Numbered from the stretch's first letter, positions 1-9,849 are shown. The stretch is 64,000 nt of DNA from Candidatus Latescibacterota bacterium (GCA_965222605.1 OZ244960.1:5760001-5824000); one strand, 5' to 3'. Translations and numbers: made by a program. Notes: generated from the letters alone by a model not told the origin.

Positions 1-207
1 CTGCTCGGTATTTTTCCCTTATCAGCCGCTGCCGCCGGGCATGCTTTTGCCCCTTTGCCCACTTATCAGCGCATCCTTTTACTCGCCGCTGCCCTTCTCT
101 TATTCCTCACGCCATCGGGAGATACGCGCCTTTATTTACAAGGTATCGCGTTGCTCATCGCTGGCGGCATCGCGGTCTCAAACTATCGATCTGCTAATCA
201 GGACTGA
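1..207 (+). CDS. C-terminal end of a membrane protein, probably a TRAP transporter fused permease (5' end outside the window)
   Basis: Frame 1 is open from base 1 to TGA at 205-207 and reads LLGIFPLSAAAAGHAFAPLPTYQRILLLAAALLLFLTP..., a hydrophobic tail resembling 4TM/12TM TRAP permease C-termini. Confidence 0.55.
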   Translation: MLGIFPLSAAAAGHAFAPLPTYQRILLLAAALLLFLTPSGDTRLYLQGIALLIAGGIAVSNYRSANQD

Positions 208-2465
208 ATGGTCAAATCTTCTGATCCGGATGAGAGAGAAAGAACGGTGCTTTCATCGGGGGACAGGTTGATTTGCGCGGTTGTATTTTCTGCATTAAGC
301 GCGATTTGATTTTCTGATACAGCTATCGAAAAGTCGGGGTCGCTCTCGCCGGGACCGCGAACAGAGAAAATCGCGGCAATTCGACAGCGTTCTACGCGCT
401 CTGTTTCTGCTGTAAGATGCCATCGCTTTTCGGGCAATTCTTTATCGAGTGTCGGATATCCTTTATCTGGTGCTACGGGCCATGCGTCTGTCTGGCTGAG
501 GCGAAGATCTGTTGATCCAAAAAGCTGACCTTTTAAAGAAGCTCCCTTGCGGTTGGATGTGACAGTCGCCAGGTTGAGATCAAATTTTTCGAATGCGTGT
601 AGCAGCCACTGGAATGTCGATGCCTCGGGGGCTTCCAATTCATCGACGAGAATAGTGATCGACGGGCGGACCATCACGAGATGCCGCCTGTATCGGTTCA
701 ATCGATCTCCGTAAGCGTTCTCGGCTTCGCCACAGACATAACCAAACGGATCTGTGGTCTTGAAATCGATAATTTCGCCACCGCGGTTGCCATCCCGATT
801 GATCGCTCCTTCGCCATTGACGAGAACGCAGTTGTGTGAAATCGAATGCTGTGCGTATTCGTTGTGAAATGGCGTACCGTGATGCGGATAGCGAAGGCCT
901 CCGGCACAGATTAAAGCGCGTCCGCCTTTCATGACTGCAAAATCATTTTGGCTCGCATGGCCGTGGCTCACGCCGCCAAAGGGCGATGATCGGAAGAGTA
1001 CCATAAAATCTTTGTCCGGATGTTCTATATCGCTGTGCAATGCGCCCCAACCAACGCCTCGAAAGGCGCGATCTTGTGGCACTGAATCTTTTTGGGGAGG
1101 GATCGGTTTGTCTTCGAGCAGAATGCCGGGGAAGGGGTCGATCTGTGCGGGCTGATCCTCGGGGTCGCGCACCTGATCTGCCCAGGCGCGCAATCGATGA
1201 TTTTGCAATCTGAGACCGTGAAATTGAAGAAAGGTTCTGGCCTGTGAGGCGCGAACGGGCTGATCTTCGGTATCGCCAAATGGCATAAGCTCGCCAACTG
1301 GGGAAACGACGTAATAAAAAAACCACGGCATGTTCTGATAATAGGGTTTGAGCCATATATTGTGCCCGGTCGCCAATTTCCATGAGTGAAAAGGCATCGA
1401 GTCCCGCGAGTTGTAAGACATGCCATAGGGAACCCCCTGCGCCCAGCCTCCTTCATATCCGGCCCAATGGGGGAAATTTGTCGCAATAATTTTGAGCGCG
1501 TATTCCGCCCATGAGGGCGCGCGTTCATCTTCGGCACATGCAATGGCGTGTTCGAGCAAAAATCCGGGCAGACGCCCGTCGTGACTCCCGTCGGGCGTGA
1601 ATGTATAATCGTTTTTCTCCAGTCTTCGAATCATCTGGTCTGCCCGCGCGCCGAGCATGCGGGCGACGAGTTCGCGTTCGTCTTTGGTGAAAATATCGTA
1701 GATCCAGTCATAGACTTCAGCACCCGCCCTGAGCAATCCGAGACCGACTTCATCGCCATAAGGCGCGAGGATGGAGGATATGCCCTCCACATCCCACTGT
1801 GCGGCGTCAACAATAAAGCGCCGTGCGGCCTCGCCATATCGCTTTTCTCCAGTGAGCAAGTAAAACAGGGCAAGACTTCGCATGCCCCCATCGTGAAATT
1901 TGCGCATGGTCGAAAAACACGCATGGTAAGCCAGCCTGCGTTCGGCGGGGTCTTCAATCTGGTCGTACGTAGGCTCTGGCGGTGGCTCGAGTGTGAGCGC
2001 GTGGTCGGCGTCTTTTCTCAGGGCTTCATAAGCTTCGGATCGGGTGGATGTTAGCGAGCATCGCACGTTTTCCAGGTCAGACGCCAGAAAAAAGAGACGC
2101 GGGCGTTCTTTGGGGACGTTTGCCAGCAGTGTAGCGGCGTCTGGGTGAGGTTGTTCGGCAGCGCAATTGGTAATTTTAAAAGATTGGGACTCCGAGCACG
2201 CTCGAACTGCGCCATTTACAATGGCCTGTACATGCCAATCGTAGGTTCCGGGCGCAAAAGCGCGCTCTGGATGATGTATGGGATCGGAAAGGAGTGGAGA
2301 TTCATAATAGGGTTTTCCGTCGCGCGTGACAATGACGCGATACTGACATGCACCCCGATCAGCGGCCCGCCACCAACTAAAGCCGGGAGGCGAGAGTGTG
2401 AGTGTTTCACGGTCAAGGGGACGAATATAATTGGCGCGTGGCGGACGAATTGATGGAAATTTCAT
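198..2465 (-). CDS. DUF4962 / heparinase II/III-like polysaccharide lyase
   Basis: ORF 198..2909, with a likely start at ATG 2465 (MKFPSIRPP) after an AGGA RBS because the upstream extension overlaps the next gene. Motifs ERPRLF, GGWAQG..Y, PFGD, SHGHASQNDF and HNCVLVNG. Confidence 0.8.
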   Translation of the reverse strand: MKFPSIRPPRANYIRPLDRETLTLSPPGFSWWRAADRGACQYRVIVTRDGKPYYESPLLSDPIHHPERAFAPGTYDWHVQAIVNGAVRACSESQSFKITNCAAEQPHPDAATLLANVPKERPRLFFLASDLENVRCSLTSTRSEAYEALRKDADHALTLEPPPEPTYDQIEDPAERRLAYHACFSTMRKFHDGGMRSLALFYLLTGEKRYGEAARRFIVDAAQWDVEGISSILAPYGDEVGLGLLRAGAEVYDWIYDIFTKDERELVARMLGARADQMIRRLEKNDYTFTPDGSHDGRLPGFLLEHAIACAEDERAPSWAEYALKIIATNFPHWAGYEGGWAQGVPYGMSYNSRDSMPFHSWKLATGHNIWLKPYYQNMPWFFYYVVSPVGELMPFGDTEDQPVRASQARTFLQFHGLRLQNHRLRAWADQVRDPEDQPAQIDPFPGILLEDKPIPPQKDSVPQDRAFRGVGWGALHSDIEHPDKDFMVLFRSSPFGGVSHGHASQNDFAVMKGGRALICAGGLRYPHHGTPFHNEYAQHSISHNCVLVNGEGAINRDGNRGGEIIDFKTTDPFGYVCGEAENAYGDRLNRYRRHLVMVRPSITILVDELEAPEASTFQWLLHAFEKFDLNLATVTSNRKGASLKGQLFGSTDLRLSQTDAWPVAPDKGYPTLDKELPEKRWHLTAETERVERCRIAAIFSVRGPGESDPDFSIAVSENQIALNAENTTAQINLSPDESTVLSLSSGSEDLTIQS

Positions 2466-2485
2466 ATTTGGTGTCCTTTCTGTTT

Positions 2486-3646
2486 CTAAGACCACAACTC
2501 TGTGCCATCGGGTAAGTGCTTTAATATTTCTTCTTCGTCTAATTCGATGCCCAATCCGGGGCCATCTGGCACGGTGATGTACCCATTTTGAATCGGATTT
2601 TTGATATTCAACATCGTTGACCAGAGCGGGATATTGGCCGAGTGATATTCCAGAGCCAGGAAGTTGGGTATGGTGGAACAGATGTGTACAGCGGCTATGC
2701 CGGCTACTGTGCTCGCCATATAATGCGGTGCAATCGACATGTGATACATTTCGGCCAATTCTGCAATGCGCCGCGTTTCTATGGCGCCACCGCTGCGCGG
2801 TATATCGGGTTCGAGCAAGTCGCACGCGCCTTTTTCCATGAGTTCTCGAAATAGCTTTGCGCCGTAAAATATCTCGCCGGTACAAATCGGTGTTTCTGTT
2901 TGCATACAAATTTTTGCCAGAGCATCTACGTTACCCCATTCCCAACGAATCGGGTCTTCCAGCCACAATAAGTCGAGATGTTCCACATCTTTGCATATCC
3001 GCAGACCATCAATCGCGTTAAACGATCCGTGTAGATCTATCGACAAATCGATATACGGCCCTATTGCATCGCGCAACGCTTCAATCGTGGTTACGATATG
3101 TTCGTGTTGCCGCCGTCCGACAGACCGATCGTACACATCCATTTTCCAGGGGTTGGGAACGTCCAGATCAAATTTTAAGGCTGTAAATCCTTCGGCAACG
3201 CGCTCTTTTGCCCGCGCTACATAGCTCGATGTTTCATATACGGGATCTAATTCACCCGATGCCCGAACTTCGGCCCAGCGTCGATTATAGTCTTCTTGTG
3301 TCCAGTACGCACCCGAATGGCAATCGCAATACATCCGCACCTTGTCGCGCAGCTTACCTCCCAGGAGATCGCACATCGGTACGCCATAAGCTTTGCCGGC
3401 AATATCCCAGAGCGCGATTTCCACGCCTGCGCCCGCGCCTTGCATGCGCCACAGGTGATCTTGATGCAATTTGTTCACGTTGGTCGGGTCTTGTCCGATT
3501 AGCGTCCACTTCAATTGGTCAACCGATTGTCCTCCGCGCCATTCACCCAATCCTTCAATGCCTTCGTCTGTGATGATTTTTAATAATGACCAGTGCCGGC
3601 AGGCAGCCCCCAGAGAGGGTGTTTTTTGTATGTCTATGATTTTCAC
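2486..3646 (-). CDS. Mandelate racemase/muconate lactonizing enzyme family sugar-acid dehydratase
   Basis: Enolase-superfamily motifs EIALWDIAGK, GFTALKFD, DLH, LEDP, TGE, IAPH and PDGPGLG. AGGAGG RBS. Confidence 0.9.
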   Translation of the reverse strand: MKIIDIQKTPSLGAACRHWSLLKIITDEGIEGLGEWRGGQSVDQLKWTLIGQDPTNVNKLHQDHLWRMQGAGAGVEIALWDIAGKAYGVPMCDLLGGKLRDKVRMYCDCHSGAYWTQEDYNRRWAEVRASGELDPVYETSSYVARAKERVAEGFTALKFDLDVPNPWKMDVYDRSVGRRQHEHIVTTIEALRDAIGPYIDLSIDLHGSFNAIDGLRICKDVEHLDLLWLEDPIRWEWGNVDALAKICMQTETPICTGEIFYGAKLFRELMEKGACDLLEPDIPRSGGAIETRRIAELAEMYHMSIAPHYMASTVAGIAAVHICSTIPNFLALEYHSANIPLWSTMLNIKNPIQNGYITVPDGPGLGIELDEEEILKHLPDGTELWS

Positions 3647-3663
3647 AATTACCTCCTAAAAAA

Positions 3664-5169
3664 TGTCGCAGGAGACCCCCGGTTTTAGACAGGGGAGGCA
3701 TGCGAAGCACAATGCCAATAATGCGACATGTTAACAAATATCTGCATATAGATGTTGACATCCATACCTTTTGTAAGTATAATAAAGTATGAATAGAACA
3801 ATAAAAAACAATATGTTATATCTATTATTCTGCATACCATTCTGCCGATTGGACACTATATTCAGGACGGTTAGTTTTAAATGCCATACCTGACAATAAA
3901 AGCCCGTCTTCGCGGCGCACCTGAACGCTTTGCCATTCTTCGTGACGCAATGTTGTCTGCGACCAAAGTCTATAATGGCTTGATCTTTCATCTGCGTGAA
4001 GAATACGAGCAGCATGGAAAAGTCTGTTATTCGGCCAGCCATCTCAACCGTATCGCACGCGGGTTGCCGCGCCACAAGGAATTGTATTCCGATGTGGTAG
4101 ATACCACGCGACGAGAGGTGGGGCAGGCTTTTCAGTCGTTCTTTACAAGGTGCAAGCGCGACAAGAAGGCGCGGCCTCCAGGTTTCAGGAAGAAGACGCG
4201 ACTCTCTCCGCTGCGCTATTCTCACCCTAACAATGGCTCCATCAAGGTAATCCACAAGCGTGGAATGACCTTTCTTCGCATTTCCCTTGGCACCACCCGA
4301 AAGGACGGTGTGCGTCGCCTCGTCTTTCGTCTCCACACCCGCCCAAATGTTGACCTTTCCCAGTTGAAGAACGTCCAGATCATCTACGATATGCACACAC
4401 GGGATTTCCAAGCCCGTCTGGTGGTCGAAGTGGATGTCGTTCAAAAGCCGGGAGAGGCCACCGTTGGTGTAGATATAGGCGAAGACTGGCTCATTGCCGC
4501 AGATTTCTGTGATGGCTCTCGGTATCTGATCTGTGGACGTGAACTTAAGGCCACACGCCGATACTGGCAGAAGATCAGAGCAAAGGTCAAACCGCCCAGC
4601 CAGGACCATCCCAAGATGTCGAGACGCTATCGCCAGATCGCCCGAAAAGAAGCCCGACAAATCACGCATGCCCTCCATATCGCCAGCAGACGGTTTGTGG
4701 ATATGTGTGCCGAAAAGGGTGTGGGCACTATCATCCTGGGCGACCTGACCGGCATCCGACAGCACATCGCTTATGGCACAAGGATGAATCAACGCCTGCA
4801 CGCCTGGCCATATGCCAGACTCAGCGCAATGATTGAATACAAGGCCGCGCTGCTTGGCATAAAGGTCAAAGTCGTCTCGGAGAAATATACCTCGCAGACT
4901 TGCCCGCAATGTGGTATAAGAAAGAAATCCAATCGCAAGCATCGTGGTTGGTACTCCTGTCGTTGCGGCTTTGAAGGTCAAGCAGACCTTGTGGGTGCGT
5001 TCAATATCCATCGGCAGGTATCTGGGGTTTCCAGTAGTGGGCGTTCGGCGCGCCCCGTGGTCTTGGTGTTTGATCACCATACGGTCCACGAAGCTGCAAG
5101 TTCTCGGGAGGCCGCCTGATAAAGGGCGACTCCCGGAATCCCGTGACTGAAGTCAAGGGAGCACGTCGA
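3664..5169 (+). mobile_element. IS200/IS605-family element of IS1341 type (tnpB only, no tnpA)
   Basis: Left subterminal hairpin CCCCGGTTTTAGACAGGGG (~3677-3695) and right hairpin TCCCGTGACTGAAGTCAAGGGA (~5139-5160) followed by GCACGTC. Both flank tnpB. Inserted antisense between two co-oriented genes. Exact ends uncertain. Confidence 0.75.
3881..5119 (+). CDS. tnpB: RNA-guided endonuclease TnpB
   Basis: RPPGFRKK, RuvC-I VGVDIG, RuvC-II IILGDL with downstream VSEKYTSQ, zinc finger CPQC...CRC, RuvC-III ADLVGAFNI. Confidence 0.92.
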   Translation: MPYLTIKARLRGAPERFAILRDAMLSATKVYNGLIFHLREEYEQHGKVCYSASHLNRIARGLPRHKELYSDVVDTTRREVGQAFQSFFTRCKRDKKARPPGFRKKTRLSPLRYSHPNNGSIKVIHKRGMTFLRISLGTTRKDGVRRLVFRLHTRPNVDLSQLKNVQIIYDMHTRDFQARLVVEVDVVQKPGEATVGVDIGEDWLIAADFCDGSRYLICGRELKATRRYWQKIRAKVKPPSQDHPKMSRRYRQIARKEARQITHALHIASRRFVDMCAEKGVGTIILGDLTGIRQHIAYGTRMNQRLHAWPYARLSAMIEYKAALLGIKVKVVSEKYTSQTCPQCGIRKKSNRKHRGWYSCRCGFEGQADLVGAFNIHRQVSGVSSSGRSARPVVLVFDHHTVHEAASSREAA

Positions 5170-5172
5170 GTC

Positions 5173-6567
5173 TCAGTATCCCCAAATTCGTTTTTTTGGG
5201 CGTTCCATTTCGATCAGCCGTTTGATCAATAGATGCCGATGTTCAATCAGTGCATTGTCTGCATCTTGCGACACATCGCGGTATTCACCCCATTCAGCAT
5301 TCAAGTCATAGAGAAATTCTCGTCCATCGTCATGCGCGATATAGCGATAGTCGGCAGATCGGATCATTTTCCAGCCCGTGGCCTCCATCAATGCCACAGC
5401 TTTGTCCGGGGCGTTCCCCCCGCAGAAAACGGGATATAGCGATTGGCCCTGCAAATGGGGTGGGGTGGGTACACCGCAGGCTTCGAGCAAGGTGGGGAGT
5501 ACATCTACGCCTTCGACGATGCTGGAAACGCGCTGCCCGCTTTCTTTCCCGGGTATGCGCATTAGCAGGGGTACGCGGCTGACACAGTCGTGCCCCGGGT
5601 AGCTTTTGCCATAGCGCAAATGTTCGCCCAGCCATTCGCCGTGATCGGATGTGAAGACTACGATTGTTTCATCTGCAATGCCCAATTCGTCCAGCGCGTT
5701 TAACATGCGGCCCACGTGGTGATCGACTTCGCTGACCATGCCGTAATATCCCTGTCGCGCGAGGCGAAGCTCGCGATCGCCGTAGTGATTTTCACTGCGC
5801 TTTTCATCGACTTCTGGCGGGAAGGATGGCAAGGTAATTTGATCGGGATCGTATAAATTCAGGAAACGCTGTGGCGCGACCCAGGGCGAATGGGGGGAGT
5901 AAATTCCCGCGATGCACAAAAACGGGCTGCCTTCACTTGCACGTTCCGACATATATTGAATTGATCGGCTCGCCACCCACGCCGTGTGTGTGTATTCATC
6001 TTTTCCGCGGAAGGCAATAGGATGTTTGGGAAATCGTTCATCGGGGTGATGCACGCCGTCTTGTACGCCCATCATCTGGTGCCAATGCTCTGCCAATGGC
6101 GGCAATCCCAGGCTCAAATGATCGAGTTGATCCGGTGCTTCCATGCGTACCCAGGCGCGATAAGCATCTTCGTAACAGCCGGGTTCGTCGCTGATTTCCA
6201 GATGATCAAATCCATAATCGGGATGTACTTCGCGGTGGTCTCGATTGGCGTGTGGCAAAAAGTGCAATTTGCCGATATTTGCCGAGTGATATCCCGAATT
6301 GTGTAGCAATTTGGGCAATGTCACAAAGTCCTCGGGCACGGGTACGCCCATGTGTGTAATGCCGAGTGTGGAAGGGTATTGTCCGGTCAAAAAACTCACC
6401 CGACTGGGCATACATACGGGGTTCTGGACAAAGTAGTGATCAAAGTTTATGCCCTCGTTTGCCAGGCGATCCAGATTCGGTGTTTGAATATCGGTATTCC
6501 CATTCACACCCATGGCATCCCATCGCTGTTGGTCGGTGTAAATCAGTAATATATTCGGTCGTTTCAT
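5173..6567 (-). CDS. Sulfatase (choline-sulfatase/arylsulfatase-like)
   Basis: MKRPNILLIYTDQQ, CMPSR formylglycine motif, GKLH, TSDHG. Start moved to ATG 6567 within ORF 5173..6687. Confidence 0.92.
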   Translation of the reverse strand: MKRPNILLIYTDQQRWDAMGVNGNTDIQTPNLDRLANEGINFDHYFVQNPVCMPSRVSFLTGQYPSTLGITHMGVPVPEDFVTLPKLLHNSGYHSANIGKLHFLPHANRDHREVHPDYGFDHLEISDEPGCYEDAYRAWVRMEAPDQLDHLSLGLPPLAEHWHQMMGVQDGVHHPDERFPKHPIAFRGKDEYTHTAWVASRSIQYMSERASEGSPFLCIAGIYSPHSPWVAPQRFLNLYDPDQITLPSFPPEVDEKRSENHYGDRELRLARQGYYGMVSEVDHHVGRMLNALDELGIADETIVVFTSDHGEWLGEHLRYGKSYPGHDCVSRVPLLMRIPGKESGQRVSSIVEGVDVLPTLLEACGVPTPPHLQGQSLYPVFCGGNAPDKAVALMEATGWKMIRSADYRYIAHDDGREFLYDLNAEWGEYRDVSQDADNALIEHRHLLIKRLIEMERPKKRIWGY

Positions 6568-6734
6568 GCTGTGCCTCTCTTTTACGAGATTTGTGATAAG
6601 GTCGTCCATAATACCCAAATTTGCCGTCAAAATCCACTGCCTTTTCCCTTGACACACCGTCCTATTTCGCCTTTTTTGATGCAACATTGATAGACTTTTG
6701 TTGGCCTCCTATTCACTGATTTCAGGAGATTGCA

Positions 6735-8024
6735 ATGCATTATAAAACACCGATTACCGATGTTCAGATTGAAGCCAATTTTAAGCATGCTGCCGAACAG
6801 TACGCCGCTTTTGGCGTGGATATTGGACGGGCTGTGGATAGGGCACTTGAAGTGCCGATCTCGCTCCATTGCTGGCAGGGCGACGATGTGGCGGGTTTTG
6901 AAGTCAAAGACGAAGCCGTTGAAGGCGGCGGCATTATGGCTACGGGCAATTATCCCGGTCGCGCGCGCAATGGGGATGAGCTTCGCCGAGATTTGAAAAA
7001 AGTCGTTGATCTTTTGCCCGGGCCACACAGAGCGAATATACACGCCTCTTATGGTGATACGGGTGGCGAAGTCGTTGATCGCGATGCCCTGACACCTGAG
7101 CACTTTGCGGGCTGGATCGATTGGGCAAAAGCGCACGATATCGGTATTGATTTTAATCCGACATATTTTGCACATCCCAAAGCCAACGATGGTTTCACCT
7201 TGAGCCATTCCGATAAAGGTATTCGCAATTTCTGGATTCAACACGGTATTGCGAGTCGCCGCATCTCTGAAGCTATTGGCAAAGCACTTGGGGATGACGT
7301 TGTCAACAATCACTGGATTCCCGATGGTGCCAAAGACCATCCCGCTGATCGGTGGACGCCCCGCGAGCGTCTGGTGGAAGCATTTGACACGATTTTCGAC
7401 GATGGTCTGGGCATAGGTCCCAAATGCGTTGATGCCGTTGAGGGCAAACTTTTTGGATTGGGTATGGAGGATTATACGGTTGGGTCCAATGATTTTTACG
7501 CCAATTATGCGTTGAGCAGGGGCAAACTGCTCTGTCTCGATATGGGGCATTTTCATCCGACTGAATCGATTGCCGATAAGCTCTCGGCACATTTTGCATT
7601 TCATGACAAGTTGCTCATCCACACGAGCCGTCCCATTCGCTGGGACTCGGATCACGTCGTTCTCTTTAGCGATGATGTGCGCTATGTTTTTCTGGAACTT
7701 GCCCGTCACAATGCGATTGACCGCATGTATCTCGCGCTCGATTTCTTCGATGCGAGCATCAATCGCATCGCGGCTTATGTTATTGGCACGCGCGCCACGC
7801 GCAAAGCCCTCCTCTATGGTCTCGTTGATCCGACTGATTGCCTGCGCCAACTCGAAGCCGAAGGCAAACTGGCACAAAAACTCGCGCTGATGGAAGAAAT
7901 GAAGACTATGCCTTTTTCCGCTGTGTGGGATATGTGCTGCCTCAAAGCCAATGTGCCTATCGGTGCTTCCTGGCTTGATGAGATAGAAGCTTACGAGCGC
8001 GATGTGTTGTCGCAACGCGATTGA
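6735..8024 (+). CDS. rhaA: L-rhamnose isomerase
   Basis: ISLHCWQGDDVAGFE, ATGNYPGRAR, DFNPTYFAHP, WIPDG, DAVEGKLFG, RWDSDHV, LDFFDASINR. Confidence 0.95.
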   Translation: MHYKTPITDVQIEANFKHAAEQYAAFGVDIGRAVDRALEVPISLHCWQGDDVAGFEVKDEAVEGGGIMATGNYPGRARNGDELRRDLKKVVDLLPGPHRANIHASYGDTGGEVVDRDALTPEHFAGWIDWAKAHDIGIDFNPTYFAHPKANDGFTLSHSDKGIRNFWIQHGIASRRISEAIGKALGDDVVNNHWIPDGAKDHPADRWTPRERLVEAFDTIFDDGLGIGPKCVDAVEGKLFGLGMEDYTVGSNDFYANYALSRGKLLCLDMGHFHPTESIADKLSAHFAFHDKLLIHTSRPIRWDSDHVVLFSDDVRYVFLELARHNAIDRMYLALDFFDASINRIAAYVIGTRATRKALLYGLVDPTDCLRQLEAEGKLAQKLALMEEMKTMPFSAVWDMCCLKANVPIGASWLDEIEAYERDVLSQRD

Positions 8025-8033
8025 GATATCCAA

Positions 8034-9008
8034 ATGACCAACCAAAATTTTGGGCATCTGCAAGGGGCCATTGTCCTCGATGTTGAGACAACAGGGTTTA
8101 GTCCGCAATATGACCGCGTCGTATCTGTAGCGGCACTTCAGGTGGATGTTTCGAATCCCAATGAGGAAGTCATCCCATTTGCTTCAAGGGTCAATCCGCA
8201 GCGGCTTATTCCTTGGGGCGCGGTGCAGGTGCATGGCATTACAAATCGCGATGTGAGTGCGGCGCCGACCTTTTTTGACCTCGCGCCAAGGCTGCATGCG
8301 TTTATTGGCAATTACCCAATTATTGGGCACAATGTCGATTTTGATCTCAGATTTTTGCAGGCGGAGTTTGCACGTGCAGGCATAACTGCGCCGAGTTGGA
8401 ATTCCTCTTTTTGCACAATGGCATACTTTCAGCAGCACTTTAATGGGAGGCAACGAAAGGGCAGCAGGTTGGACGATGTCATTAAATATTTCGACATTGA
8501 TGGGCGCACCACCGATCACCACGACGCCCTCGAAGATGTGTTATTGACTTGGGAAGTTGTCAAATATTTTATTGCACATGAAATAGGTGAGCAACGTGCC
8601 GCGAATGAACCTATAAAAATCTACAATCAGGGTCAAAATGGACAGTGTGAAAGGCTGGACAGAATGAGGTCGAATGAACCTATAGAAATTGTCAATTGCA
8701 ATCTGACCTTTGAGATTAACAAAAAATACGGAATTTACAGTCATCCAGTAAGGTACGAATACACGAGACATAAATTTATTGGCATGGAGAAGAACAATGC
8801 TGTGCAAGCTATTTTGGAGATCGATAGCATTTTTGAGGTGTCGTACAAAGGAGGGAAGTTGGAAAAAGTGCTCGTAGCGGGACGGGATACGGATCAGTAC
8901 GACAATGAGATTATAGAAAGTATCGCAGAGATACAAAGGAGGTTGGGTTGGGATGCCAGTCAGTGGCGATTTTTCTGTGGGGAGTGCATAGAAGACTTGT
9001 TTATTTGA
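8034..9008 (+). CDS. DEDDh 3'-5' exonuclease (DnaQ-like) with an extra C-terminal domain
   Basis: Exo I VLDVETTG, Exo II HNVDFD, Exo III HDALED, followed by ~140 additional aa. Confidence 0.85.
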   Translation: MTNQNFGHLQGAIVLDVETTGFSPQYDRVVSVAALQVDVSNPNEEVIPFASRVNPQRLIPWGAVQVHGITNRDVSAAPTFFDLAPRLHAFIGNYPIIGHNVDFDLRFLQAEFARAGITAPSWNSSFCTMAYFQQHFNGRQRKGSRLDDVIKYFDIDGRTTDHHDALEDVLLTWEVVKYFIAHEIGEQRAANEPIKIYNQGQNGQCERLDRMRSNEPIEIVNCNLTFEINKKYGIYSHPVRYEYTRHKFIGMEKNNAVQAILEIDSIFEVSYKGGKLEKVLVAGRDTDQYDNEIIESIAEIQRRLGWDASQWRFFCGECIEDLFI

Positions 9009-9031
9009 TGGCCTGATCGCAATAAAAATAT

Positions 9032-9066
9032 AAAACGGCTGCCAGATTGATCTGACAGCCGTTTTT
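9032..9066. terminator. Bidirectional intrinsic terminator
   Basis: AAAACGGCTG-C-CAGAT TG ATCTG-A-CAGCCGTTTTT between convergent genes. Confidence 0.8.
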
Positions 9067-9090
9067 CATTTTGTGAATAGTTTATCGAAT

Positions 9091-9849
9091 CTAATTGACC
9101 TCTAAATCGTAGTCTTCCAATCGATACCAGAACACATCTCCCGACTGTGTGATGTTCCGTATGCGGTTGTCTATATTTAAGGCAGCGATGGCGGCATGGG
9201 TATTGCGACCTGTGAATTTCTTCAAAAATCCCGCGAACATGATGGCCCTGTCTGTGTCTCTGGCGTCAGCGGTGTAAGAGATTTCCACCGCGATATAATG
9301 CGTTTTGTCCTGAGCGTCAACAGCTTCGATAATTAAGTCCGCGTTGCGGAATTTTCGCAGATCAATTGAGTCAATGCCCGTCGTGTCTCCGTTGGCGATC
9401 ATGCGAAGAAGGTGGTGCATGCTCAGGTTCCTTGTCCACTGGAATCCCATGTCTGAGGCAATGCCGGGAGCCTGTCGGATAGCGGCAGTTCTGGCGTGGG
9501 CCGCCCTGAATCTCGCGTGGTCTCTATCCATCTTGTTGAAGCGTCTGTCCGTTATTTCGATGTACTTATCTACTTTTTTGATAAACTGGTCGAACTGATC
9601 GTGTCTCTGTTCAAAACTGGCTAAACGCTCGTCTGTCTTTTCGATGTACTTATCTACTTTTTTAATAAACTGGTCAAGTCGCTGGTCAAGACTGTCTAAA
9701 CGCCTGTTCGTCGTTTCGGCGAACTCTGCGAATTTTTCGGGCAATTCCAGTAGCTCGCGCGTCAGCAGCCGCGCACGCAAAGCCTCAATCCACTGCGGGT
9801 TTTCGTCCAATATTTCGATAAGCTCTTCTATTGTGTTGAAAACAGCCAT
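9091..9849 (-). CDS. Hypothetical protein: coiled coil plus a PD-(D/E)XK-like C-terminal domain
   Basis: N-terminal ILDENPQWIEALRARLLTRELLELP, heptad repeats, C-terminal ADLII...YIAVEIS...DTDRA. Confidence 0.7.
   Translation of the reverse strand: MAVFNTIEELIEILDENPQWIEALRARLLTRELLELPEKFAEFAETTNRRLDSLDQRLDQFIKKVDKYIEKTDERLASFEQRHDQFDQFIKKVDKYIEITDRRFNKMDRDHARFRAAHARTAAIRQAPGIASDMGFQWTRNLSMHHLLRMIANGDTTGIDSIDLRKFRNADLIIEAVDAQDKTHYIAVEISYTADARDTDRAIMFAGFLKKFTGRNTHAAIAALNIDNRIRNITQSGDVFWYRLEDYDLEVN
9555..9675. repeat. Intragenic direct repeat with an 84-bp period (FIKKVDKYIE x2)
   Basis: TTTCGATGTACTTATCTACTTTTTTRATAAACTGGTC at 9555 and 9639. Confidence 0.85.

Noticed and set aside
2466-2909. 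N-terminal extension of the 903-aa ORF
   Set aside because: Overlaps the dehydratase gene in another frame; a better start with an RBS exists at 2465
3731-5089. 452-aa ORF on the - strand
   Set aside because: Antisense shadow of tnpB with no recognisable motifs
6627-8108. 493-aa ORF on the - strand
   Set aside because: Antisense shadow of rhaA
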